In this document: one piece after another, positions 51,762 through 61,681 of the stretch
Position numbering within the stretch: position 1 is the first letter of the stretch
Layout of the letters: every line of letters begins with the position of its first letter
Assembly: GCA_965206595.1 (NCBI GenBank)
Contig: OZ242214.1
Span: 1,376,001-1,440,000, forward strand
Length of the DNA: 64,000 nt
Origin: Candidatus Latescibacterota bacterium
Lineage (GTDB): Bacteria; Latescibacterota; UBA2968; UBA8231
Direction: 5' to 3'
Notes under the pieces: generated by a model
What the model was told of the DNA's origin: nothing
Database searches by the model: none
What the model saw: the letters and a program-made list of their open reading frames with translations, nothing else
Made by a program: the position numbers and the translations under genes

Positions 51762-52277
51762 TTAGCCTTCCTCATCGTGATCCTCGTCGGCGTGGGAGTC
51801 CTCAAAGCCCGGACCTCCTTCTTCGACGTGGACTTCAATATCCTTGGAAACGAAGTCGGCGTGGTCGTTGTGGTTGAGCTTGATCACCATGGTGGTCTGC
51901 CCCTCTTCCAGGCCGGAAATGTGGAATGCCCAGGGGCCGTCTTCCTCGTGCTGTTCGATTTCGGCGATGCTTTCGTCGGCGATTTCCCAGTCAAGGGCAT
52001 AGCCGTCGTCCGCGTCCGGGGTGAACAGGTCGCCGTCCTCGGCAATGAAACGCACCGACAGCAGGGGGGTTTCCAGGCCGTGGCCCACTTTGATGTCACC
52101 TTCTGTCTCGCCGTTCTCGTAGCGGACGAGCTCCTCGCCGCTGCCGAAGATGATCAAGCCGAAGGCTTCGGCGTGCTCTTCCCCCTCATGGGGGTCTACG
52201 GGATTGTCGTCGTCGCCACAGCCGGCAAGGAGCAGTGACATGAGAATCGGTGCTGCTGTCGAGATAATCCTGAGCAT
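51762..52277 (-). CDS. His/acidic-rich lipoprotein
   Basis: LLAGC lipobox; HEGEEHAE, HNDHADF, SHADEDHDEE; directly upstream of the TonB receptor. Confidence 0.78.
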   Translation of the reverse strand: MLRIISTAAPILMSLLLAGCGDDDNPVDPHEGEEHAEAFGLIIFGSGEELVRYENGETEGDIKVGHGLETPLLSVRFIAEDGDLFTPDADDGYALDWEIADESIAEIEQHEEDGPWAFHISGLEEGQTTMVIKLNHNDHADFVSKDIEVHVEEGGPGFEDSHADEDHDEEG

Positions 52278-52498
52278 GGTATGGTTCTCCAGGTTGATGT
52301 CCCTGTGACCCGAAGGTCCCGGGGTTGTGATCAATGTGATACCGGTCGGAACAGGCAGGAGACATGGGCCTACCGCCTGTATCCACGCGGGTCGGGTAAG
52401 GAGAACGCATCCGCACCCCGCCGATCCAGATGGCGCGGAAGCGTCGGGCGGTGGCGCCAGGATGGCGGAAAGGGACTACGTGAGGCGAGTGCGGATGC

Positions 52499-52810
52499 TC
52501 AGGTGCGGGGTGGGGCGCGATTCCCGAAAGAATAGCCGCGGAAGAAAAGCGGCGGCGGGACGGACCAGATGACCTGGTGGCGGGTGCGGGGTCCGGCGAG
52601 CAGGAGGGCGAGTGCAAGGATGACGCCGACGAGCAGCACCAAGCTGCTCTCGAGCATGCGGGCCGGGCAGTTTTCCGGTTCGGTCGATCCTGCGTGGAAT
52701 AGCTGATGACCAAACGGGAGTGTAAGGAAAAGTCCGATCAGCAGGGCGGCAAAGCAGAGCACCGCGAGATTCGCGAGCCCTCGACAGCCTCTGTGGTATC
52801 CGGTAAGCAA
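52499..52810 (-). CDS. DUF2946/CruR-like leader protein with C-terminal RAPP motif
   Basis: TM segment, HQLFH..CPA, second hydrophobic segment, ends FGNRAPPRT*; lies upstream of a lipoprotein and TBDR; TTG start uncertain. Confidence 0.65.
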   Translation of the reverse strand: MLTGYHRGCRGLANLAVLCFAALLIGLFLTLPFGHQLFHAGSTEPENCPARMLESSLVLLVGVILALALLLAGPRTRHQVIWSVPPPLFFRGYSFGNRAPPRT

Positions 52811-53459
52811 TGGTCGTCAACCTTGCTGTCAATGTACTCCTGCTGACGGTGAACCGTCAAAGTCGGGCAGGAGGGTCCTCAGTGGCATCCAGTCGGGCGC
52901 GGCCTTACTTCCAACCGGCATCCACCAGGCAGCTCCGTTCGCTCCCGACGCCATTTGGCCAGGGCAGGCTTTGGCAATGCGTAGTTCGGAAAACCATGGT
53001 GCTCGGGGGTGAGAGTCGCTTTGGAGGCGAGAGCGGCCAGCAGACCAAAAGGGGCCACTTAATCTGCTCTGCCAGCGGCGGACAAAGGGCCGGTCCAGCT
53101 GTATGGGAATCCTGCCGGGGACCAACAGCCCCCGGCAATAGTGTTCGTGACCGACGGCATCTACCACACCCTGTCGAGGTTCGCACCTGCTGTTGGGGAA
53201 ATGACCGAGGAGGAGCTGGAGGTTGCCCTGGATGCCATAATGCCTTGCTGAGGGGATTCGATGAAATTCATCAGCGACCGCGCCTGCTCGGATTTGGCAG
53301 CAACAGAGGGAGGCGTTCGTCCCCGCTGTGCCGGCTGCCCTCCCATTGGGCCAGGGCGGCTTTACGGCTGCCTTGTCGTCGCGCTCAATATCAGTCTGCT
53401 ACACTATCGGCGATCGGATTTCGAACGGAAAAGAAACGAAACGACTGGAATGGTTTCTC

Positions 53460-53750
53460 ATGCGAAAAGAAACGGAATACTCCTGGAAGGAGCATCGCGT
53501 CCTTCGGGGTGACGGCCGGGGCGGATACGTCGTTCATCCGGCGCAGTACCGGTTCGTGCCCCGCTACCGGGGGGTGAAGGTCCTCCCCTTCGGGCTGGCC
53601 GCCACGGACAACGGGGAGATTCTGCTAACGGGGGCGGCGAGAACCGGCCGCGGTCCGTCGGTGTACGGAGAGACCGTGGCTTCCATTAGCGCCGACCTCG
53701 GGGTTACCTGGAGCGAGTACGAAACCGCGGGGTTCGGTCCGGCCGTGCGC
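53460..53750 (+). pseudogene. N-terminal fragment of a BNR/Asp-box (sialidase-like) protein
   Basis: PFGLAATDNGEILL and Asp-box SADLGVTWS; coding signal lost afterwards. Confidence 0.55.
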
Positions 53751-53789
53751 CTGACCTTGCTCGGCCGCGGCAGGCCTCTTATCGAGACT

Positions 53790-54010
53790 GGCTGCGCCCC
53801 TTGCTCGCCGAGCTTCCAGGGGCGCGCTTGGCTATCGTCGGGGGATGCCCGTCCCGGGAGGACCTCGAGCGGTTCTTTGCGGGCACGCCCACGGTGTTCG
53901 TCGGATACCTGCAAGGGGAGGAGCTCGCCCACGCCTACGCCAGCGCCGACCTCTTCGCCTTTCCCTCGGCCAGCGAGACCTTCGGCAACGTCGTCCTCGA
54001 AGCCGCGACC
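53790..54010 (+). pseudogene. Internal fragment of a GT4 glycosyltransferase
   Basis: [36 protein letters not shown]. Confidence 0.7.
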
Positions 54011-54029
54011 TTCCGGCAGTGGCAGGCAT

Positions 54030-56465
54030 TCAATCTGCTTTCGTTTCCTCCGATGCCTCGATCCACGGCGCCAGTTCCGTCCCCAGTCCGGGATCCAACT
54101 CAACGGCTCTTTGGAGGTGGAACAAAGCCTGGTCCCGATGATCCGGGATGGGGGCAAGGATCTGCCCCAGGCCTCCATGGACACGCGCTTGTTTGTCGTC
54201 CAGCTTCAAGGACAGCTCGAGAAACTTAGCAGCATTCTCGTGGCTGTTCTCGCGAAGTGCGATATGCGACAGGAAATTGTACGCCTTGGGAAGTGGATGA
54301 ATCCGGATTGACAACGACAGTAGTTCGGCCGCGGTTACCTTTGCTCCGCGGTCGTATAGATTCAGGGATAGAATTGAATATTGATTCGCCAGCCAGGATG
54401 TATCACTAGTGGGCTGGGAGGCTTGGCGAGCCCCTTCCTCAAGTACGGAAAAGGACAAGCCGGGCAAACCAAGTTCAACCAGACTCATCCCACTTGCCCA
54501 GAAATACAGATACTGAAAGCGATCCACGGTCCCGGTCAGGTACAGTTCCATTGCCTCTTTGTCTGACTGCCCCATCCGCTTCAGAACCTCCGCTTCGACG
54601 AGATGGGCAACCTTCGACTGGGGCAACTGCCTTTTCGCTTCTGAGATCGCCCGCAGGCTCGCGTTGAGGTCCCCTTCCCGAAGGGCGGAAGCCGCGGTTT
54701 CCAGTAAAGGATCGGCACAATACGGGCTTGTCGGCATCCGCTCCTGAAAATGCGTCCAGGCTGCTTGCCACTCTGTTTCATCCTTTCTGAAGACCATGAC
54801 AGCCGGGTGGTCGAAGCCGGTGAACGACGGTTCGCTCCCATCGTCCCGGAATTCCAGGCCGCCGATGGAAGGGTAGTTTTTGAAACGGCGGACCAAGTCA
54901 AAACCCAGATCGCCCTCCACCAGCGCCTCGTATAATGCCGCCCCGCCCGGAATCAGCTCCGGGACTGCGGTGAAATGCTGATAGCGGTTGACGTCGGTGA
55001 TGACGATATAGTCCAGAGCGTCCAACTGCCTCTTCAGCCAATAGAGCTCTCCTTTGCAGGTCGCGAATCCGCGGAATTGGAAGAGCATCAACGTTTGGAA
55101 AGCACCGATTTGGAATTTTGCGGGATCGATCATACCCCGCATGGAGAAGGCGCCCCGTTCGACTCCGATACTGCTGTTGGCCGGGACATGGTCGTTTATC
55201 CACCGGGCAGTCTGGACGCGGCTGTCCTCACGGGTATAGAGGCTGGCAAAGGCAACGCCGTACAGTGCGCTGTACGCGAACACCGCGGCGCAGATGCCGA
55301 CGGCGAGCATGCGCACCCGGACGAAGCGGGGAGAGCGGACGAACCAGACGCAGAAGTCGGCTGCCAATAGGGCGAGGAAAGGGAGCAGGGGCAGGAGATA
55401 CCGTATGTGCTTGGTATGCAGGCCGCCGATCAGGAAAAAGTAGATCCCCGCCCAGAGCAGGATAAGTCCATTTCGATGGTTCCTTTTCCAAAGGCCGCGG
55501 GATATCCCGAGAAGGAAGAGGAGGGTAAGAGGCCAGCCCACTCCCAGGGGCCACAGGTGGGTCCAATAATGCAGGTATGGGACGGTGTGAACATCCACCA
55601 GGCTCCAGGGAACGAGACGCTCTCCCCGAGCCACTATCATCGAATATCCCAGGTCGTCGGAGGAATGGGCCCGGAAAATCAGGTCCCAGTCCGTAACGAG
55701 AAACGGCTGGAGCGCCAGCAGGGCCAGCACCGCGGCGAGACCTGCCATCCAAATCCGGGGTGCCAGGACTGCCTTCAGGTGTCGCTGGCGAACCAGATGG
55801 CCGGCCAGCAGCACGAGCCCCACCGACAGGCCGATCAGGCGGACGGCCCCACTGAGCCCTATCAGAAAACCGGACCATATGAACCACCGCCTGTCATCCT
55901 TTTCTAGTGCATTCAAAAGGGCGTGAACCGCGGCCAGGACAAGCAGAGCGAACAGCCCGTCGACGGTGTAGAAATGGGCGAGCTGGATCGCCAGCGGGGC
56001 TACGGCAACGATGAAGACAGCTAGCAGCCCGGTCAGCTCACCGAACCAGCGAACCCCGGCCAGCCAGACCAGGTACAGCGTCAGGCAGGAGACCAGCACC
56101 GCAAGGGTGCGGGCAGTGAGATATACATACCGGACATCATCGGGCGATTCCTGAGATTTGAAGTCGCGGCCGAGAACGATCCGGTTGAGCTCCAGGAAGC
56201 CCCGCAAGAGATAGACAGGGAGCGTGCCGTAGCTGGTCAGCTCTGGGGCGAACGGGTCGATGGGACCCAGGGCAGCCTGGACGAGAGTGGTTTCATCCGG
56301 ATGGAAATGGTAGAATGCTCTGTCGCCTGTGGACTGGTTTGGTCCAGGCAGCACGAAGGAGCTGTCCCCCCGGGTCAACCCTGCGAAGCGCAGCGAGCAG
56401 CCCAGTACGAGGCATATAGCCAGAAAGAGGGAAGGGACTCGGGTTTTCTTTCTATGTCCACTCAT
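54030..56465 (-). CDS. GT-C membrane glycosyltransferase (GT39/ArnT-like) with C-terminal TPR repeats
   Basis: FHPDE, YGTLP, AHFYTVD, RYLLP, DHP motifs; many TM segments; TPR-like [11 protein letters not shown]. Confidence 0.82.
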   Translation of the reverse strand: MSGHRKKTRVPSLFLAICLVLGCSLRFAGLTRGDSSFVLPGPNQSTGDRAFYHFHPDETTLVQAALGPIDPFAPELTSYGTLPVYLLRGFLELNRIVLGRDFKSQESPDDVRYVYLTARTLAVLVSCLTLYLVWLAGVRWFGELTGLLAVFIVAVAPLAIQLAHFYTVDGLFALLVLAAVHALLNALEKDDRRWFIWSGFLIGLSGAVRLIGLSVGLVLLAGHLVRQRHLKAVLAPRIWMAGLAAVLALLALQPFLVTDWDLIFRAHSSDDLGYSMIVARGERLVPWSLVDVHTVPYLHYWTHLWPLGVGWPLTLLFLLGISRGLWKRNHRNGLILLWAGIYFFLIGGLHTKHIRYLLPLLPFLALLAADFCVWFVRSPRFVRVRMLAVGICAAVFAYSALYGVAFASLYTREDSRVQTARWINDHVPANSSIGVERGAFSMRGMIDPAKFQIGAFQTLMLFQFRGFATCKGELYWLKRQLDALDYIVITDVNRYQHFTAVPELIPGGAALYEALVEGDLGFDLVRRFKNYPSIGGLEFRDDGSEPSFTGFDHPAVMVFRKDETEWQAAWTHFQERMPTSPYCADPLLETAASALREGDLNASLRAISEAKRQLPQSKVAHLVEAEVLKRMGQSDKEAMELYLTGTVDRFQYLYFWASGMSLVELGLPGLSFSVLEEGARQASQPTSDTSWLANQYSILSLNLYDRGAKVTAAELLSLSIRIHPLPKAYNFLSHIALRENSHENAAKFLELSLKLDDKQARVHGGLGQILAPIPDHRDQALFHLQRAVELDPGLGTELAPWIEASEETKAD

Positions 56466-56754
56466 GGGTGGTTTTTTACGAACAGCATGACCGGGGCATG
56501 ATGGCTGCCGGTTCAGTCCCATCGATACGTGGAAAGTCCGCCATCAGTTGCAGTTCTTGTCGGCATTTTTAGCAAGGGTGGCAGGGCAGCGAACCTCTGG
56601 AGGAAGCAGGGCGGATGATGACTGCGGGACATCGGGGGTGGGAGGGACTGAGGGAAAGGGGGGGGACAGCTGCCCGGCGGCAGCCCTGTCGGGCACAGCT
56701 TCGTTTCCGCCCGAGACAGTTAGTGGCGGACCTCGGCGGCAATAGCGATTCCCG

Positions 56755-57507
56755 CTACGCCACCCGCTGGCCGCCCCGCAGCACCGGCAGCCGATCCCCC
56801 CAGGGCTCGCCGGTGCGCACCAGGACCGGGTCGGGCACGTGGTACTGGGGCACATAAGCCCGCCGCGGCCGGTCCCTGGAGGTATTGGGACCGCTGCGAT
56901 GCAACAGCAGCGATGAGAACACCGCCACCTGCCCGGCGCGCATCTCCACCGGAATGGCCCCGTCGTCATCCACCTGGGCGTTCTTGCCCCCGTAGCGTTG
57001 CTCGTCCTCCTCTTCCGTTACGTGCTCGAGCACGCCGCGCCTGTGGGATCCGGGAATGATCCATATGCAGCCGTTCTCGAGGTCGGAGTCGGAGATCGCC
57101 GTCCAGCAGGTGATGTACTCCAGCGGCTCCGTCTTCGTATAGCCTGAATCCTGGTGCCAGTCGAAAACCTTGCCGAGGCCTCCGGGCATTTTCGTCGTCG
57201 CCTGGTTGTAGTAGAGATCCACATCCTCCCCGATTAGGAGGCGGCAGGCTTCCAGGTAAACCGGCTTCCTGAGGAAATCGAGCGCCACCGGGCTCAGGGT
57301 GTGAAACTGGGAGAACGAGCGGCGTCCGCGAGCGCTTTCCACCGCCGGGGCATCCCCAAGGGCCTCCGCCTCGCGCACGTGCTCGGCGTATACCCGGTCC
57401 ATCTCCGCCGCCATCGGTTCGAGCTCCCCAGGAGAAAAAACCACGCCGGTAACGAAGTAGCCCAGCTCGCGAAACTGCTGCACTTCTTCAGTGCTGATCA
57501 GGGTCAT
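56755..57507 (-). CDS. PhyH-family dioxygenase
   Basis: QFRELGY, WHQDSGY, ENGCIWIIPGSH, HRSGPN, RRAY. Confidence 0.92.
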   Translation of the reverse strand: MTLISTEEVQQFRELGYFVTGVVFSPGELEPMAAEMDRVYAEHVREAEALGDAPAVESARGRRSFSQFHTLSPVALDFLRKPVYLEACRLLIGEDVDLYYNQATTKMPGGLGKVFDWHQDSGYTKTEPLEYITCWTAISDSDLENGCIWIIPGSHRRGVLEHVTEEEDEQRYGGKNAQVDDDGAIPVEMRAGQVAVFSSLLLHRSGPNTSRDRPRRAYVPQYHVPDPVLVRTGEPWGDRLPVLRGGQRVA

Positions 57508-57568
57508 GGGGCACCGCTTTTTGAGAGGTTGCTTCCGGTTGGCCACCCGGGCCCGGAGGAGAAAGAGG

Positions 57569-58090
57569 TCAGTCGCGGGCGTCCGGGGGCGATGAGAAAA
57601 ATCCCTTCAGGGCGACGGCCAGCACCCACAGCAGGCCGAGGATGCACAGACCTGCCGAAGGCACCGCCAGCCATTGCAGCGAAGCCTTGGCCACGCCGGT
57701 GCCCCCCATACCGGGAGCTCTGAGCCCGGCCCACATCCAGAACAGCGGATACAGGACGGCCCCTGCGCCGAGGGCGAGGGCGGCCAACCTTCGGGTCCCG
57801 GGGGAGGCCGGAAGGCAGGATAGCAGGAGAATGAGGGCGAGGGCGGCGGTGCCCAGGCCGTTGGCATGCAGGTGGGCGCGCTTGAAGTAGACCCAGGCCT
57901 TGTCGATGACTTTCTGCATTTTCGCCGCGTCCCCGCCGTAGGCCTGCGGCAGGACCGCTTCCCCTTCGGCCTTGAGATGGGCCTTGATGTCCTCTTCGAA
58001 GGCGCCGAACACAGCCCCCAATCCGAAGCCGTAGCAGAGGGCCAGGAGGGCAAGGAGCGTCCCGAACTTCATCGGCGTGATTTTTCCCAT
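57569..58090 (-). CDS. Hypothetical 4-TM membrane protein
   Basis: Hydrophobic helices and RAHLHANGLG motif; coding-like codon usage. Confidence 0.65.
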   Translation of the reverse strand: MGKITPMKFGTLLALLALCYGFGLGAVFGAFEEDIKAHLKAEGEAVLPQAYGGDAAKMQKVIDKAWVYFKRAHLHANGLGTAALALILLLSCLPASPGTRRLAALALGAGAVLYPLFWMWAGLRAPGMGGTGVAKASLQWLAVPSAGLCILGLLWVLAVALKGFFSSPPDARD

Positions 58091-58299
58091 GTCGATCAGA
58101 TTGGTATCCAGTCGCGCAGGTGTCAAGACGTCGGCGTGACCGATGCTCGTTCCAGCGAGACCCCCTCAACGACAAGGAGCGGCGCCGGTGCATGAAAAGG
58201 GCCGGCCCCGGGAATGAAATCCAGGACCGGCTCTTCTCGCTTCCTCCTTGTAGAGCGGAGGACCCTCCGGGGAGAGAGAGGGAAATCGCGAACCGTTAC

Positions 58300-59383
58300 T
58301 TACTTGAGCAGTGTCATGCTGCGGGTCTCGATGCCGGCAGGAGACTGCAGACGGTAGAAGTAGGTGCCGCTGGAGAGGCCGTCGCCGCTGAGCTCGACCC
58401 GGTAGGTTCCCGCCTGGCGAAAGTCGCTGACAAGGGTGCCGATGTGCTGGCCGAGGGCATTGTAGAGATTGAGCCGGACCTCTCCCGGCTGCGGGAGCGA
58501 GTACCTGATGGTAGTGGACGGGTTCCAGGGATTGGGATAGTTCTGAACCAGGTAGAAATCGGATGGCGCCCGGAGATCGCGCTTTCGGAAGCGACTACCG
58601 TCTCCACGCCCTGAACGAGGATTCCGAGGTGGTCGAGAAAGGTCCAGCCGGCCATCCAGAGATTGTCGGCGTCGAAGGCCCCGCGATATGCGACTGCCTG
58701 GAAGAAACCGTCATCCGGGGGCGGCACGGCGCCTGACAGGGCCGGGCTGCCGGACATCGGGCGGGGGTCGAGGGCGCCGTCGTTGGTGCGGGAGATGCCG
58801 GTCAGCTGCACGGTACTGTAGCGATCGCCGAGCCCGCGGATGTAGACGTACTTCCCTTCCATTACAGTTGCGCCGGAAACGTGAGACATGGCTTCGGCGG
58901 CATTGCCGCTGCCGGCGCGGGAGATGTCCTCGGAGCTGATCGCATCGCTTACCGCTGGCGCCTTCTGCCGTTCCTTGAGCAGCGATGCCTCGGTGTTTCG
59001 CAGGGCGCGAACCTCGACTACCACCTCGTCGACGGCGATCGCTTCCGAGGTCAGGACGAGATCGAGGCGCAGAACCTCGCCGGCTGCGACCACTGCCTCG
59101 GTTACGGTCACGGTGTTGTAGCCGATCATCGAGCTTTCGATCTCGTAGGTGCCGGCCGGGACGTCGGGGATCCTGAAGTCCCCCTCGATTCCGGTCACCG
59201 TGCCGAACCCGGTCTCCTTGAGGTAGACGTACGCACCGACGAGGGGTCTCCCGTTTCCCCGTCGATGATGTCGCCTGCTACAATACCGGTTTGTGCGCCC
59301 GCTTCCGAGGGCCCGGCGATGGGAAGCAGGGCGCCGAGAAGCAGTGCGCCGAATACCTGGGTCGATCTGTGATTCTGCCGCAT
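58300..59383 (-). pseudogene. Chimeric remnant: TonB-receptor N-terminus joined to the C-terminus of a secreted protein with a T9SS type A-like sorting domain
   Basis: Signal peptide, DAISSEDI, YVYIRGLGDRY, then directly LDPRP..GSPAL...YRGAF...WMAGWT and QNYPNPWNPSTTIRY...LSSGTYFYRL; extra frameshifts near 59245 and 58575. Confidence 0.78.
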
Positions 59384-59431
59384 GACGGGTGATTTTCTCC
59401 CAGGAGGTGAAGTGGATCCCACAGCTTGAGA

Positions 59432-59485
59432 ATTGTAACCGGCAGCGATGGAGGGAGAGTTACGGAATTGTGACGATTGCGTGTC
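59432..59485 (-). promoter_or_regulatory. Pho-box-like promoter
   Basis: Minus strand GACAC-N6-GTCAC-N6-GTAAC-N6-TCCAT-N10-TACAAT: 11-bp repeats followed by a -10 element. Confidence 0.62.
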
Positions 59486-59577
59486 GCCAAAGCGGCTGGG
59501 TGGTTACCACAAGGACGGGCCCCGGCGATCGTAACCGGATCGCTATGAAGAGCCGGGCGCTCCCGCGGTTCAGCGAT

Positions 59578-61587
59578 TCAGTAGGTAAGCGGAAAGGAGG
59601 CTACCGCGGTATCGGTTCCGGAGTCCGCCCTCACGGTAAGGCGCAGCAGGTAAATGCCCGGGGGCAGGAGTCCGCCCGTTTTACGTCCGCGGCCGTCCCA
59701 TGAAGCCCAAAAGCGGCCGCTGCCCCTGCCCGAGGTCTCCAGGTCTGCCACCCGCCTGCCCCTCAGGTCCAGGACCTCCAGGCTCATGGGCACGTTTCCG
59801 GCAAGATTGACCAGCTCGTATTGGATTTCGAGGGCCTCGTTGACCCCGTCCCCGTCGGGAGTGAGGGCCGTGAGGGACAGTTTCTGGATCGAGCGCTTAC
59901 GGGGGTTCCGGGCTCTGACGGTCAGCCCCTGCCCATCTGTCCGCGGGTCGACGTCTCCCGGGGCAATCCGATGGCGGACTTCTCTCGGCCTGGTGCTGTC
60001 GAACACCCTGCCGGAGAACAGGGTAGACGCCTGAAAGACCTCGGCGCGAAAGTCGATCTCGATCGGTTCACCGGTGAGCTGAATATCGATGAAGGGCAGG
60101 CGCACCACGGTGTATCGGCCGTTCCAGGGTTCCACCTCGTACTCGTCGCTGCCGAGGGTTCTCGCTCCGATCCGCACCTCGTCGACGGACGGGGCGACCG
60201 GCACGTCGAACTGAATGCTGTCAAACCCGGAGTCCTCCTCGGAGACGACGGCAAACAGTTTGTAGGTGAAGGAAGTCACCTCCCCGAAGCGGGTCTCCGG
60301 TGGGACGATTTCAGCGGTGATGAGCGAGGCTACCGGGGGTTGGGTGATTTCGAATTGGAGATAGTCCATTCTGCCGCCGGTGTTGCTGGTCGAGCGGAAA
60401 TCGATGGCGAACTGCGCGAACCGGTGCGGCAGGGTGGTGGCGAGATCCAGCCGGCCTGACGCAAACTCCGCGGGAGCAGTCCAGAATTTCCAGTTCTGGC
60501 TGTCGGGGGTGATGCCGGCCGCTTCCCCTCCTTCGAGACGTCCGTAGGCTTGACGGGTCAATTCCACCCCGCCGGCGTCGAAACGCGACCTTCGATCTCC
60601 CCGGAAAGTATTGCGCCAGTATTGGTGCGGGTCTTCGTCGGTGCCGCTGCGGGCGCTGATCCTTACACTGGCTCCGGGGGATGCTTCTCCGTTCCAGTAC
60701 ACGGCGTCGAGGCTTGCCCGGCCGCCCAGGTCGATTATGCCCGAGATGTAACCGGCTTCCGGGACGTACCCGTCGCCGTAGATCTCGAACTCGGCGATCT
60801 CCCACAGGTCCAACGGGGCGGTTAGCACGACCGCCTGAACCGCGCGGCCGATTTCAAGTTCGAACTCGGCACTAGTGTTCTCGAAGTCCTCGAACAGGAC
60901 GTCGAATTCGAGGTGCCCGACCTGAAGCGGAAGCTCGCGCGTCGGGCCGCCGAACTTGAACCGATTCAGCAGTCCCGGCACTTCTCCCGGGCGAATGGGA
61001 CTGCCCTCGGCGACACCTAGTGTCAGCTCGGGTATGAAGCGGTCGTGGGCGTGATCGGGACGGGTTCCGAAGCGGATGCGGCTGATGTTGTAGGGATTGC
61101 CGAGATTGAAGACGAGGATCTTGTAGTCGACAACGCAGTCGCAGCCGGGATCGTACAGGGCCATGGCGTTGTAGCTGCCCGATTGCCCCTCCGAAGACCT
61201 CTTTCCCGCGGAGCCTTCGTACACGCTCGCGGGATTGCCGTCGAACAGATTGTCGATCTGGGGTTCGTTCTGCAGCCGTCCCGCGGTGGTGGAAACGCGG
61301 ACGGAGCCGCCTTTGTCCCGTATCGAGGGGGTCAGGTTTTCGTCGGGAGAAACAAACACCGGGGCGATGGCGCCGTTCTCGAAAGCGATCAGTCGAGTGG
61401 AGCCGAACTCACTGGCGGCGGCCTCCTCCCATGTGATCTGGACCAGATCGACCCCTTCCGGGGCAGGAAGGTCCTGCCCGCCGACGCGGACAATCGTCAG
61501 TGCCCCAGGGTCCCGGGATGACCACAGGAAAACCGAGAGTGCGACAATGAGTGCAGTTGCCGGGTGTTTCAACCCAACCCCGCGCAT
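59578..61587 (-). CDS. Large secreted protein with C-terminal FlgD-Ig/T9SS type B-like domain
   Basis: Signal-like N-terminus, EFEIYGDGYVP, RSGTDEDP, LTPDGDGVNE...DLRGRRV...WDGR...PPGIYLLRL; start uncertain. Confidence 0.72.
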   Translation of the reverse strand: MRGVGLKHPATALIVALSVFLWSSRDPGALTIVRVGGQDLPAPEGVDLVQITWEEAAASEFGSTRLIAFENGAIAPVFVSPDENLTPSIRDKGGSVRVSTTAGRLQNEPQIDNLFDGNPASVYEGSAGKRSSEGQSGSYNAMALYDPGCDCVVDYKILVFNLGNPYNISRIRFGTRPDHAHDRFIPELTLGVAEGSPIRPGEVPGLLNRFKFGGPTRELPLQVGHLEFDVLFEDFENTSAEFELEIGRAVQAVVLTAPLDLWEIAEFEIYGDGYVPEAGYISGIIDLGGRASLDAVYWNGEASPGASVRISARSGTDEDPHQYWRNTFRGDRRSRFDAGGVELTRQAYGRLEGGEAAGITPDSQNWKFWTAPAEFASGRLDLATTLPHRFAQFAIDFRSTSNTGGRMDYLQFEITQPPVASLITAEIVPPETRFGEVTSFTYKLFAVVSEEDSGFDSIQFDVPVAPSVDEVRIGARTLGSDEYEVEPWNGRYTVVRLPFIDIQLTGEPIEIDFRAEVFQASTLFSGRVFDSTRPREVRHRIAPGDVDPRTDGQGLTVRARNPRKRSIQKLSLTALTPDGDGVNEALEIQYELVNLAGNVPMSLEVLDLRGRRVADLETSGRGSGRFWASWDGRGRKTGGLLPPGIYLLRLTVRADSGTDTAVASFPLTY

Positions 61588-61681
61588 CTTTGCATAAAGA
61601 CCCCGGAAACCGCAAGCCGTGCACTGTTGCATTGGAGCGGGACGGGGGGGTTGCAAACCATTGGGCTGGCCGGCGAAGGTG

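Noticed and set aside
52830-53450. Group II intron or structured ncRNA
   Set aside because: No domain V/VI consensus or RT remnant seen; decayed coding sequence is more likely
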